DNA of 64,000 nt from Octopus vulgaris. Lineage: Eukaryota. The stretch is from the NCBI GenBank assembly GCA_951406725.2, contig OX597824.1:54622001-54686000 (forward strand). Direction: 5' to 3'. The notes beneath the pieces are model-generated. The model was not told the DNA's origin. It did not search any database and saw only the letters and a list, made by a program, of their open reading frames with translations. Positions 1-12,827 of this stretch are shown piece by piece (the first letter of the stretch is position 1; every line of letters begins with the position of its first letter). The position numbers and the translations under genes are program-made.

Positions 1-129
1 TAAAACAGATACTAAATGGCTCAAATGTAGATGTGATATATCTCTGTGTATTACACAGTGGATTGTGAATTGTTTAGATCTAACCATACATTTAACGAAT
101 GCTCAAAAATCTATTACAAGCAACGGTTT

Positions 130-900
130 AACTCTGGCGGCTAAAGATGTCATATCAAAACTTAAATGAGAGTTTGTAAAATCTACAGCTCCAGACTTTA
201 TAGAGACAGATGCTTCTAACAGTGTTGGACATGGTCTTATTTCAGGATGGAAGGTCAGTGGCATTCTATAGCTGAACATTTCAAAAAGTCAAGAGAAACC
301 AATCAGGCATAAAAAAGAAGCTGCACAATATTGGAATGCTGCTGATGCAGGTAATATTTTATAACTGCCATACCCTCAACTACCATTCTAACTGACCAGA
401 AATAGGTGGCTTTTTTGTTCAATCAGAAGTCTTTCAACCAATGACAACATTTACTTCTCATAGAGCCTCTAAATTCAAATCCAATCTGCCATTGTTCTTA
501 ACCAACCTTAGTTCAACATTTTTACATCAAAATCATCTAATTCACCTAGAGAAGGTCAAACTATTGGAAACTATCTCATCCAATTTATCACAGATACAGT
601 TTAACAATAGCCACATCACTAGTTTCAACTCATGATATGACTTACTATCCCCCAGATTCACCATCAGAAAAGGTACTTGGACACTCCTGTTTGACCAAAA
701 AGTTCTGACTGGATGCAATACTGTCAAGGTATACAACAGGAAACACTTATGCCATCACCAGCAGAACCAAGATCTGACCAAAGTAAGAAAATTCTATATT
801 TGCCATCACAATCTGGGTCTACAACCAAGAAAGTGAAACCAGATAACACACACAAACTTAGAATTCTCACAAACAATCCTGTAACAATCAGCTCAGATTG
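130..900 (+). mobile_element. Highly degraded Ty3/Gypsy pol (RNase H) remnant
   Basis: Fragments translate to ETDASN, FQDGRSVAFYS, KEAA and TILTDQK, the RNase H motifs of Gypsy pol; many stops and frameshifts; boundaries approximate. Confidence 0.55.
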
Positions 901-1172
901 AGTAATGAAAAGGCTTTTGCTTGATGACTACATACTAAACTTCTGATGCAGCAAAGACTGTTGTGACTGTGTTTCTAATCCATCATTCACTGTAGTCCTG
1001 TACTTCATTCGTTTCCGTATCACTTCCTTCCAGATTATGTAAGCTTCTTAACTCAAGCCTGCATGTTCTTAAAATTGAATAAAATTATAGCTGCTACACC
1101 TTCACCATCTACATACAACAAAAATAATCCAAATATTCAACCAACATGTGTTATGAGAAAAATTTGACTCAC

Positions 1173-1302
1173 CCATAGCTGCCGCAATAGCAGGCAGTGG
1201 TAAATCATAGTGGAAAAAAATAAAAGATAATAGTAAGAAATCTATATAACTTCTGTGGCTGGGCATCAACAGTACAGGGTATTCTTTCAGCTGGTTTCGT
1301 AC
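1173..1302 (-). CDS. GNPAT: GNPAT (dihydroxyacetone phosphate acyltransferase) coding exon with the catalytic HX4D motif
   Basis: TTGTTAG|GTA...ATG G|GTGAGT splice sites; 130 nt; translates [43 protein letters not shown], resembling the vertebrate GNPAT segment [16 protein letters not shown]. Not in the ORF track. The gene continues beyond the left edge. Confidence 0.93.
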
Positions 1303-1704
1303 CTAACAATAAAATGAAATCTATTTGAGTTTCTCAAAAGTTGGAACAACTGAAAATTAAATAAGGTTATTCATAATTAAACGCAATGAGAAAGTTAAAA
1401 TTTGATAATAACGCTTTTTAACACCCTTTAAAAATCCAAAGATTTAAAATTATTCAGTCAATATTCAATTAAATGTTAAATAAGATTATTTATGCACTTA
1501 GGAATCATGAGTAATTCTAAACAGATCTTCTGGTAAGAAATTTATGCTTTATAAAGGAAATATTGATATTAGTAAATATTTCCAGTTGCAGCCAATGAAT
1601 TTAATGTAAAAGTGTAAGGAATGTTTTTTTTTTTAACTTTTACTTGCTAGATTATTTACATTATTTATATTTGACAGATATTTGTCCTCATCTTGTTTGT
1701 TGTT

Positions 1705-1750
1705 AACACAACGTTTCGGCTGATATACCCTCCAGCCTTCATCAGGTGTC
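1705..1750 (-). ncRNA. Minimal type I hammerhead ribozyme (Penelope-type)
   Basis: Minus strand GACAC-CUGAUGA-A-GGCUG(loop)CAGCC-GAAA-CG-UU-GUGUU: stem I GACAC/GUGUU, intact core, stem II, palindromic ACGU stem III, GUU cleavage triplet. Confidence 0.8.
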
Positions 1751-1815
1751 TTGAGGAAATTTCAAACCTGGATTCTCATTCCTAAGATATTTTACGCTGT
1801 TATTATTATTATTAT

Positions 1816-3818
1816 ATTTTAAAAAGGATTGACGCAACTCTTCACAAAGGTAAACAATCAAGACCAAGAGTGTTATTCGATTGTAAGCTATTTTATCAGT
1901 TAAACGATATTTCAACAGTACGTCAGTTTTTGTCAAGTTCAAAATAAGTGATAAAAATTCAAAATTACAGAAATTTAAATGTAAAGTATGAACGAGAGCA
2001 ACCAGTGTCCATACGTTGATGGAATGACATCATCAGTTTTTAAGTTACAATTTTATAACAGGTGAAAAGAAAAAGAAAAAACAGAAAAGAAGACAGAAAA
2101 AAGAAAAGAAAAAGAGATAAAGGAGAATATTTAATCAAACAGTTTTGTATAAATTTGATGATATTCTCCTGTCATCTTATTCATTCCTCCAGGGCGTGAT
2201 GTTAATAACCCGCTAACATATTTCTCCTCATACATTCTGAGAAGTGAAAATGAAGCAGATTCAGAATATTTTCTGAAAATATGCACTTTCAAGTCTTCTT
2301 CAAAATTGCAGCTGCTTGAAACAAGATGTTCAGCAAGTTCTATCGAACTACTATTATTGTGCCTGATGTCGAATCTGTGCCCATTAAACTTTTTGTTTAA
2401 TTGTTCTGTTGTACAACCAACATAAATTGTGTTTCGTGCATTCTGCAACGTACACCAAATGGAAATCTTTACATGTTCCACCTTCTGTATAAATCATTTC
2501 TATTGATTTCTGATGGAATTCACTTTATGTTGTTGCATAATGAACAGGGCCTACCTCTCTTGCGGCTGTTCTTTAAGGTACAGTGTGCAGATACTCTAAT
2601 ATTAATTTTCTTGGAGTCAGATATAGAGGTCAATAATTCTCTTTATATTCTTATTCCGTCTTGTTTGAAATGAGGATAATTTTTTACCACATGCTGGTAA
2701 CTTTCATGCAACACTTGAAATGCCAGTGAAATTTTGGTGCCAGTTAATCACAAAAGGAATTCTGTCATCCATTGAATTGTGTTTGCAAAAATTATGCGTG
2801 TAGGCTTGACTATCTTTGCTAATCTTAGCTATTTCATTTGCTATTTCCTTTAATAGTGATTCACTGTAACCACGTTCAACATAATGGCATACAAAAGCAT
2901 TTGCATGTTTCCAGTAATCCCCTATATCAGTACAAATCCGTTTTATCCTCAAAAATTGGGATTTCGGATTTGACCGAATAAGATGACGTGGATGATCGGA
3001 GCGGCGGTGGAGATAAATGTGGGATGACGTGGGCTTGCAAAATAACTCTGTCACTATTCTGCCTCCAGAAAACTTGACTTTTGTCCAAAAATTCAATGCT
3101 AGTTTTTGAATAACTAGATGTAAATTTTATGTTGGACTTTCAAGCCATAGTTTCTAGCATAACAGTCACAGAAATGCAAAAAGTCCATTAAACTATCCTG
3201 TGATCCTTCCCAGACAAAGAATATGTTGTCAATGAACCGTAACCAGAGTATTGGTTCATGACCACGAAGGGATTTGAATGTCTTCAGTAACTGTGTCTCG
3301 AATTTTGTCATGAAAACATTAGCGAAATTAACTGCCATGGGTGTACCCATGGCGCAACTCTTCATCTGGTGGTAAAATCTTTGTCTAAACTTCATTGTGT
3401 TACTTTCAAACACAAACCTCAATAATCTACAGAGAAAATTTGATGGAATACTTTCGTTTGACCACTTTTCGAAGGCATCCATACATGCTTCTACCCCTTC
3501 ATTGTGGTCGATATTGGGATGTAAGTAATAAACATCCATGGTTGCCAAAAAACAGTTCTCAATAGGGCCTCAGTGCTTAAAAAAGTTGTTGTTGGTTTTA
3601 GATACAAAATCAAAAGTATCCCAAATATAGGAACTTGATTATTTTGCAATGGGGAGCAGAAAGCCATCCAGCCACTCTGAAATTTTGGCCATGCAACATT
3701 CATATCCGCTGCAAATTGGGCGCATTGGAGGAAATCTTTCGAACTTTTTGTGTATTTTAGGGAGACCATAAAATACAGGTGTTCTTCTTTCTGACCTTAA
3801 AAATCTTAGATTTAGCCT
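1816..3818 (-). mobile_element. Penelope-like element (RT + GIY-YIG), frameshifted
   Basis: ORFs 3114-3548 (AMGTPMAVNFANVFM, WLRFIDNIF), 2704-3096 (KPTSSHIYLH..SDHP thumb) and 2131-2481 (IYVGCT..FNGHRFDI GIY-YIG); bounded by (TTA)n on both sides. Confidence 0.85.
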
Positions 3819-3835
3819 TTATTATTATTATTATT

Positions 3836-4392
3836 GAGTGAGGGAGCAGTGCATGCCATCAAAGTGACACTGGGGTAAAATATACGAAGCCCAGTATACC
3901 CATCATGACTACCCGTCTGATAAGGGTACACTAGGCACATGCATCACAACCATACGTGCACAACATGGTGATCTCATATCAAGATAAACAACACATGACC
4001 TTGCAGGTGGGGGCCCAGTTAGAATTTACTTCTGGTTGAGTAACCCATCCCGCTCAAAAGGTCCCTGAATAAGGGTTGTTTAAGGATGTTGAACGAAACA
4101 CCCATGTTTCCAGAGGTGAATTAGTCAAACCCCAAAGAATCCCTCTCAACACATGGCTATGATGCTCCCCCACTACTTCTGCTCGTGATCAGAGATGCAC
4201 ATATTGTTAGCCACTAAGGGACATGCTCAACTGGTTATGGTCAAACAACTGACAAGCAAATCTGTGGTATTGAGCAGAATATTTGCTGTAGCCCATCTTT
4301 TATACCAAGACAAAACAATGTACATGATAACACTTCCAATCAGCTAAGATCAGAAGCCATGAGAGCTACTGCCTGGTACTGCAGCAGGGCAG
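3836..4392. mobile_element. Non-coding interspersed repeat (~550 bp) between two (TTA)n runs
   Basis: Discrete block of higher GC flanked by TTA microsatellite on both sides; no ORF; family not identified. Confidence 0.4.
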
Positions 4393-4423
4393 TATTATTA
4401 TTATTATTGTTGTTGTTGTTGTT

Positions 4424-7400
4424 TGGCATCCTTTTTGTCTTGGGAGACAATGGAGTTGCGCATAAAAATAATCTAGACTGGCTTTTACATTTCATGTTCT
4501 AATACATCTCCTGCAGTGGCTGTGTAGTCCTATCCTGAACAAACACTCCCTCTGGCAAGTGCAGCAAATGTAGCGAAGACTTTGCCTGGTTGGTTGTAAT
4601 GTCATAGTTTCTCAACGGTTTTTCTTGTCTTTCCATTTCTTCTTTCTCCTTCTGTCACTCCTTTGTGTTCCCTCTTTTACGGTACATTGCCAATCTCCAC
4701 GGTTGCTGGCAACTGCTTCACAGTTGTTAATATTGATGTCGCAGGCTTTCATGTCCCTTTTGCAAACATCCTTGTATTGTAAGAACGGTCTTCCTACAGA
4801 CCTACTGCCCCTAGCAAGCTCTCCGTAGAGTATGTCTTTGGGGATTCTGCCATCTTCCATATGGCTAACATGTCCAAGCCATCTCATACGTCTTTGTGTG
4901 AGGAGTGCAAACATGCTTGGTATTCCTGCTTGCTTGAGGACATCTTTGTTGGGGACATGATTCTGCCATTTGATGCCAAGGATTTTCCGGAGGTGAAAGA
5001 TATTTAGGTGACGCTCTTGGCATGTGTATGGCGTCCAAGTCTCACTTCCATGCAGTTGAGTGCTAAGTACACATGCCTGGTAAATCTTCATTTTTGTGGT
5101 CTTGGTCAGCTTATTGATGTCCCATGCCCGTTTGGAGAGTTGGGCCATCACAGCAGCTGCCTTGCCAATGCGTATATTGAGCTCGGCATCAAGGGATAGG
5201 TTGTAGGTGATGGTAGAGCCAAGATAGGTAAACTTCACCTCCTGTAATCTGTGGTCTCCAATATGTGTTTAAGATGTCCGATGTAGCCTGACCCATGATG
5301 TTGGTCTTACTGAGGCTGATAACTAAGCCCAAGTCGCTACATGATTGCTCAAAACAGTTGATGAGCCTTTGCAGGGCTTCTTCTGTGTGTGATACCAGAG
5401 TGGCATCATCAGCAAATAGCATCTCCTTGATCAGGACGCTTCTGATTTTGGTCTTGGCACACAGACACAAGAGATTGAACAGTTTCCCGTCACTTCTACT
5501 GTGCAGAAACACTCCATCATCTGATGTCTCAAAGGCATGTGACAGCAGTAGCGAGAAGAAGATGCCAAATAATGTAGGAGCAAGGACACAACCTTACTTT
5601 ACCCCATTTTTTATTTGGAAGGCGGCTGATGTCGAACCATTGTGCTGTACGGTGCCTTGCATATTATCATGAAAAGATATGATGATCCTCAGCAGCTTTG
5701 GTGGACATCTGATTTTTTTGGAGCAGGATGAAGAGGCCTTTTCTACTTACCAAGTCAAAGGCCGTTGTCAGATCAATGAAGGCCATATATAATGGCATTT
5801 TCTGCTCTCTGGACTTCTCCTGAAGTTGGTGTATGGAGAATATCATGTCAATAGTTGATCTGCTTCTTCTAAAGCCGCACTGTGATTCCAGATATATTCA
5901 AGAAGCAAGCAGTTGTAGCCTGGACAGGATAACATGAGCAAAGGTCTTTCCAACAGTGCTTAGAAGAGATATTCCACGGTAATTGTTACAACCACCACGG
6001 TCACCTTTGTTTTTGTAAAGTGTAATGATGTTAGCATCCCGCATATCCTGAGGGACTGTACCCTCTTCCCAGCACTGACACAGAAGCTCATGAAGGTGCC
6101 GAAGCAGGACAGTGTTTTTGCTGGCTTTGATGATCTCTGAGGGGATGCCGTCTTTTCCTGGAGCCTTGTTACAGGTTAGGGAGTCAATAGCCTTGGTGAG
6201 CTCTGCTATAGATGGCAGACTGTCAAGTTCGCACATGACTGGCAAGATCTTGACACCCTCGATTGCAGCCTCATCTACCGTGGTCTCCCGTGAGTAGAGA
6301 TCCTGGTAGTACTCTACCCATCTATCCATTTGCTTGCTTTGGTCCTTGATGAGATCTCCAGTAGTTGATTTCAGAGGAGCTGACTTGGTTGCGGATGGAC
6401 CAAGGGCCTTCTTCAAACTGGCATACATCCCACAGGTGTCGCCACTGTCAGCAACTGACTGGATACTCTGACAGATTTCCTGCCAATACCTATTTGCACA
6501 GTGTCTGGCAGTCAGTTGGGTTTTATTTCTTGCCTTTCTGAGTTCTTCAAGTGACTTTGTATTAGAATCACTCTTGTATTGCATCAGAGCTGCATGCTTT
6601 GCTTCAATAACTGGTTCCAGCTCTGAGAGCCCAGCACTGAACCAATCTGGGTTTTGCCTTTCTCTCATGCCGAAAGTATCTATTGATGTGGTATACAAAG
6701 CTTCCCTGATATAATTCCACCTACTTTCAGCAGAGGAGGTTGGGCAGCTACTGAGGGCAACCTTGATAGAAACAGCAAAACATTTTTGCAGTATAGGGTC
6801 CGAGATTCTGGCAGTGTTAATGCATGGATGGCCCATTTTCTTGGACTGATGGACTTTTTAAGGCAGAATCCTCACCCTGCTTCTTATTAGTGAATGATCT
6901 GTGTCACAATCCATGCTGTGGTAACTACAGGTCAGTTGAACAGAATTCAGAAAGGATCTTCATGTAATGATGAGATCCAACTGATGCCAGTGGTGAGATC
7001 TTGGATGTCTCCAAGATGCCTTGTGGGATGGCTTGTTGGCAAAGAATGTGTTGGTGATGCACAGGTTATGGTATGTGCAAAATTCAAGTAGTCTCTGACC
7101 ATTATCATTCATGTTGCCAATACCAAAGTGTCCAACATAAATGAGCCACGAATCATGATCAGATCCCATATGAGCGTTAAAATCTCCTAGAAGGTAGATG
7201 TTTTCATTGGTTGGTATATTTCTAATGACAGTCGAGATCTTTGTAGAACTGGTCCTTGGTCTCCTCTGAGCTGTAGAGTGTGGGAGCATAGATCCTCAAG
7301 TAGATGTACTGGGCCAGAAGAGGTCGAGAAGCGCAGTGAGAGGATACACTCAGTGCCTCCTGATGGTGGTTCTATTGAGGAGAGTAATGAGTTTCTCACT

Positions 7401-7800
7401 GCAAAACCAACACCATGCTGACGAGGCTCTTCTGGATCGCTTCCCTGCCAAAAGAAGATGAAATCCTGTTCTTTGACTTTGCCATTTGAGGGGAGTCTTG
7501 TCTCCTGCAGTCCAGCAATGTCTATGTTAAGCCTCTTTAGTTCACGGTCAATGATGGCCGTCTTTCTTGTGTCTTCAACTCTGAAGATACCAGCTTGGAT
7601 GCAAGAGCTGCTGGAAGAGTGTCGAGTCGAACACTAAACTACCTCGGGGCTCCACTCTGGATTTCTCTGAAGGTTGTCTCCTTTCCGTAACCCTGGATAG
7701 GGGCCCATACCGGGTACTGTCAGCTGGAGCCAGCTGAGCCCAGGACTCATGTCAGGCAGGGTTGTCGCTCCCTGAAGTAGTGAAGAAAATCGCTACCCAC
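4424..7800 (-). mobile_element. RTE-clade LINE (APE + RT), near full length, decayed
   Basis: APE motifs (GLQETRL, LLGDFNA, HWHQLDLII), RT motifs (KAPGKDGIP, NYRGISLLS, LFADD, FTYLGS) and RTE C-terminus (RMRWLGHV..RIPKDILYGEL) in ORFs 4612-7289; (AAC)/(AAT) tail at 4393-4423. Confidence 0.9.
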
Positions 7801-7815
7801 TTATTATTTATTATT

Positions 7816-10800
7816 TTTTTCCTTCTTTCTTCAAATTTTCTTCCGTTTCTCGCCAAGTATTTTCCGTACACCTAGGGCAGAGAAGCTCATTGTATGCATT
7901 ACACATGCAAATTCACAGGTAAAATATGTATTTAAAAAAATTAATAAATAAATTCATGAATGGATGTTGTTTTCACAGCAATAATGCTCTTCTCAGTACA
8001 TGAGCCGTTCCAGTTAAGACAATTTTTTTGCACTTCCTGTAGGGATGGTAAGCCTGGTATCATTTTCAAATAGGTTTCAGTACCTTTTTTTTATCATTCC
8101 TAGAGCTCCTACAATCACTGGTACTGTAGACACCTTGAGATGCCACATTTTTTCAATTTCTATTAGCAAGTCTTTATATTTACTGATCTTGTCAAATTCT
8201 TTCGCCGCTATATCGTGATCGCAAGGAATACTCATGTCAATTAATAAACACATTCTTTGTCTGATCTTTTATAATAATATCTGGTTTATTACCTTTTATA
8301 GTTTTGTCAGTATGTACAGGGAAGTCCCATAGAATCAACACATTTTCTCCCTCAGTCACAGCTTCAAGATGGTGTTTTTACCATTTGTCAGCGGTTTTGA
8401 TTTTATAATGCCGACATATTGTCCAGTGTAAATATTGGCCGACTCTGTCATGTCTTGCTTTATATTCTACAGGTGCTAAGACTCTACATACTGAGATTAG
8501 GTGGTCTATAGTTTCAATCTCATCGTTAGAGAATCGGCATTTTGGGTCAGCTCCATTTTTTATCACATTGGCTTGGTAGTTCTGGGTTAATAAGCCTTGG
8601 TCTTGAGCAGCTAATATGAAACCTTCACTCTCCACTTTTAGCCCTGAGCTTCATAACCATTGGTGCGTGTGTTTCTGGTTGATATCAGCTTGTTTGCTAC
8701 GGGCCACATACTTGCCATGCAGAGGTTTCTGTTCCCATCTGCTTGCTAATTTTTCATGTGCTTTTGTCTTTGCAAGTAATTTTATTTTCTTTGCAGAAGC
8801 AGTTGTCGCATTTCCTTCAACCTGATCAATCTGGTAGATATCTAAGATATCAGTAGCAAATTTTTTGCTCTCTTTCACAGTATGTAATAGTCCTTCAAGC
8901 TCTTCATCATCTTTGCCATATAGTTTTAAATCATCCATATAAAATAGATGGCTTATTTTCCTGTTGTCAATTTTGTAGCCATACTCTGTTCAATTTAGTT
9001 CACTTGAGAGTGGTATTAGTGCTATGCAGAAAATTAGTGGTGAAAGTGAGTCACCTTGGAAAATGCCACAGTTTATGCTTATATTGTTTGAGCGCGATAC
9101 TCCATTAGAATGATATAATTGGAGCTTCGTGTTCCATAGTGATATATTATACTTCAAAAAATCTGTAATCATAGGAGAAATTTTGAAAATGTCCAGCGAT
9201 TTCAGAATCCACAAATGTGGTATGCTGTCAAAGGCTTTTTTGTAATCAATCCATGAAGAGCTGAGATTTCTGTGCTTTTTATGGCAGTTCTCAAGGATCA
9301 TACGATTAATTAGGAGCTGATCCTTGCATCCGTATGAGCCTCGTCGGCATCCTTTTTGTTCAGTGGGAAAGAGGTTATTCTCTTCTATAAACGTATGCTT
9401 TCTCCACTAGAATAGATGTCAAAATCTTATAGGTAGTAGACAAACATGTTATAGGCTAGTAGTTTTTTTGGGTCTTTGGTTTCATTATTTTTGGGGAGGA
9501 GGTAAGTAATACCATTTGCCATCCAATAGGGAGTTTTTCTGGGTCCTTCAGAAAAATAGTATTACTAACATTTTGTGTGCGGACGAGAGTGATGAGAGCC
9601 AGAAATTTGGTACTCTATCAATACCAGGGGATTTCCACTTATGAGTCTTCGTTAGTGCCCTCGGTGATTGAGATGTCTTCCCATACCTATTCTTGTAGAT
9701 TTTTGTAGGCATCTTCGGTGCGTTTGATCCAGTCTGCATCTTCATTGTATGGTTTCTCATCACTCCAGATCTCTTTGCAAAAGTTTTTAACTTCTTCCAT
9801 TAGAAGTGGATTTTCAATGGTTATTTTTTTCTTTCCCTATTTCCCTGTAAAATGATTTGACATTTGATTTGAACATCTTACTTTGTTTGTAGAATTTGAT
9901 TCTTTTTTCAGATCTGCGTATTCCCTGAGCTTTTTGTTGAGAGTCCATATTTTCTCACAATCTTCCTGCCTTTTCTTGATCTTACACCATTTCCAGAGAT
10001 TAGCTCAGTTAATATCGATATCTCCCTTTACAATGATTCAATTTCAGTTTCAATTCTACTCCTCTAGTTTGATTTTCTTTTCGAGTTTGGTACTGTTGGC
10101 TTTTTGGGTGTTAAACAGCATCTTTTGATTACCTTAGCAACAGAGTAAATAATTTCATTTAACTTATTAAGATCAGGTTTTAGTTGTTGTATGATTTCTT
10201 GTGTAATGCAGTTGCCAATTTTTATTTGTGTTTTATGTTGATGTGCATTTGAGAGTTTATGGAGTGGTTCACTATCATACATAGTTGTATGCTCTACAAC
10301 TACAAGCTCATTCAGAACTTCCTGCTTCATTTCAATGATAGATTTTCTGTGTTGTTCAGCAAATATGTGGTCTTCAAATTCTGTTTTGACATCATTTTCC
10401 TGGTTGTTTTTTCTAGGGTCATTATATTTTCCTTTTTCTTCAGGTTCTTGAGTGTTTTCGGCAGATGGTCGCCTTTCAGTCAATGCTTATGGTCCAACAT
10501 TCCTCTCCTCTGCTTTGTTAATTCCCTCCTGACTTATATTTAGGTCATTCTCTACCACTTTTTTAATAGAGGTTAATTCTGCTTCTGTGAGTCTGGTATT
10601 TCTGAAGATATCTCTTCTAACATTTGCTAATCTGTTTTCATCCAGGTTTGGTCTGCTAGCGGAATTCCAGCTCCTCCAAACTCTGTAGGAGTTTGCAGTG
10701 TGTTTCTCTTGTGTTGGCCTACTTAATTCAAAGTAATAAGCATTTAGTTCCATTTAGTCCTTTTACATTTTTGATTTTCTGGTCATTGTGGTGGTGAACT

Positions 10801-10975
10801 TTGGGGGCTTAATTTGGGACAAATCCTGTTTAAGTGACTTTCCCGGTTCGTATTCGGGGAAGATATTCTGCCATTTGAAAGTTTTTCGCCATCAGGCTGA
10901 CAGCTTCCTGAATAACCAATGGACAATCGATTCGGTGTACTGTTTGAAATTTTCTTTTCAAGTAAAGTTAAATTA
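7816..10975 (-). mobile_element. R4/Dong-clade non-LTR retrotransposon (RT + CCHC + restriction-like endonuclease), decayed
   Basis: WIDYKKAFDS, FQGDSLSP, YMDDLKLY, AAQDQ, CRF..ETIDHLISVC, RHDRV and PD..LIDMSIP..KYK motifs; flanked by TTA runs, consistent with Dong targeting (TAA)n. Confidence 0.85.
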
Positions 10976-11059
10976 TTATTAATTTTCATTTTTTTTTTAA
11001 ATATCTATTTATTTATTTTTAACTACTAATCTTCATACAGGGGCCGCATTTATCATCAT

Positions 11060-11258
11060 TAGCAGCAGCAGTAGTTGTAGTATCAGCAGAAAAATCATTA
11101 TCAGCAGTAGCAGCGGCAGTGGTAATAGCAGTAGTAATGGCAGAAGCAACAACAGCAGCAGCAATAGTAGTAGTAGCAACGGTAGCAGTAGTAGTAGTGG
11201 CAGCAGCAGCAGCAGTAGTAGTAGCTGCAGCAGCAGTAGTAGCAGCAGCAGCAGCAGT
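11060..11258. repeat. Compound (GCA/GTA)n trinucleotide microsatellite
   Basis: Direct inspection; explains the poly-Ala/Val ORF 11119-11367. Confidence 0.9.
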
Positions 11259-12042
11259 AAGTGTGGCTCATGTAATTTTATTTTATTTACTTATTTTTTT
11301 AAAGAGTTCAAATGTCTACTACTACTTACTAGCAGCGAACAGTGACCTTGACCGTAAGAAAAATTAAGGAAGGGCCGACTTACTCTGTTCTGTATTATTT
11401 GTGAATAGAGAAATCGTGTTCAACCAGAGAGAATCTATTATTAGTATCATTATTATTATTTTTTCCACGTGTATTTCTGTTATTGCAATAAAAGGCATGT
11501 TTGCACACCCCGGGTAGTCAGGGAGAAAATAAAGGTAATATTGCAGAGATTGAAGTTGATTTTTCTAGAGATGTTTGTTTGTATGTCCAGTTAGAGAAAA
11601 CAGTTGTGTTTTTGCAATAAAATGGATGCTTACAGGGAGGAAAGAAAGAAAAGTCAAATTTTCACAGAAAGTTTTAAGATTCACCAAAGATAGTCTTTTC
11701 TAAGTCCACACAAAGAAATTTGTGATGATTTTAGAAAGAAGAAAAATAAAAGGATGTTTACAGAAGGAAGGATGAGTATTCACAGCAGCTGTGGATATTA
11801 AAGTTTTTAAAGCTGATCGTTTGTGTGTTTGAAAACTGTAGATATGTAAATTTCTTTACTTATTTTGAAGGGAATTTTAAATACTCACAGTCTATGAGAG
11901 TTTTTTTACCCGTTGTCCCACTGGGTCATATTAGTGTTTCTATGGCTTTCGGCTACTGAATGGTCAGAGCAGCGAGGAACACGTCCAGCCGCTGACAAGG
12001 CTTGCACTCAAACTTTATTATTATTATCATTATTATTATTCA

Positions 12043-12114
12043 GGTCACTGTCTGGAATCGAATTTGGAATCTTGGGGTTAGTAGCCCGTGCTCTTAACCA
12101 CTACACCATATGCC
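12043..12114 (-). mobile_element. tRNA-derived SINE head followed by (AAT)n
   Basis: Minus strand GGCATA-TGGTGTAGTGG (A box)-TTAAGAGCAC-GGG CTACTAA CCC (anticodon-like arm)-...AATTCGATTCC (degenerate B box)-AGACAGTGACC, then AATAATAAT. Confidence 0.7.
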
Positions 12115-12650
12115 AATGGGCATAGAACTATTTTACTTGCTAGGTTTGAAGGTCTAGAAGAGAGTTCACAGGTTCTCTTAGACTTCTCAAGCCTTTGTAA
12201 GTTGACACCTGCAGAAAAGATATGCCCAGGAAGAGAATTTCAGAGGGATGATATTTTGGAAAGGAAGGCCTGGAGACAGTGATTAGTGCAAGACCTGAGG
12301 GTCGGAGACACAAGAAAAAGTTATGAATGAGTCACCTAAAATTGGCTTAATGAAATCAAATCTTTGATATCTAGTTTCAAGAGATGGCTGCAAACTGAAA
12401 ACAGACAGAATGCAAACATTTTTGGAAATGCTAAAAACCATTCTATATTGAATATAGGTTACACTGTAATTGATGTTTTTGTTGGCAATATCATTTTGTT
12501 TTTCATATAAGAAATATTCAAGTGACTTTACAATTCTTCAAATCAGTGAGAAATATAACCCTCATATAAATTAACACACATTTACAATTATTTAATCAAC
12601 AATTCAAAGAAAAGATTTTATCAAGTGGAAATTTTATGTGTTTTTTTTAC

Positions 12651-12827
12651 CTGTTGAACACCATCTTCATTAACATATATATGAGAAAAGAGTTGCTTGA
12701 ACACTTTTACAAGAAAGAAAGCAAAACTCCGAATAGAAACCATATTAATGTTATGAGCCATTTCATCTAAAATAACAGCAGCTTGATTTGTAAGTTCTGC
12801 AACTGAAGTTCCAGATTCCTGAGACAA
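12651..12827 (-). CDS. GNPAT: GNPAT coding exon
   Basis: TCTCACAG|TTG...CAG|GTAAAA; 177 nt, phase 0/0; LSQESGTSVAELTNQAAVILDEMAHNINMVSIRSFAFFLVKVFKQLFSHIYVNEDGVQQ resembles vertebrate GNPAT LSKES..ILDEMSH..KVFKQIF..VNEEGIQK. Confidence 0.93.

Noticed and set aside
12043-12114. Functional tRNA gene
   Set aside because: Acceptor and T stems pair poorly, the B box is degenerate, and it runs into (AAT)n; better read as a SINE head.
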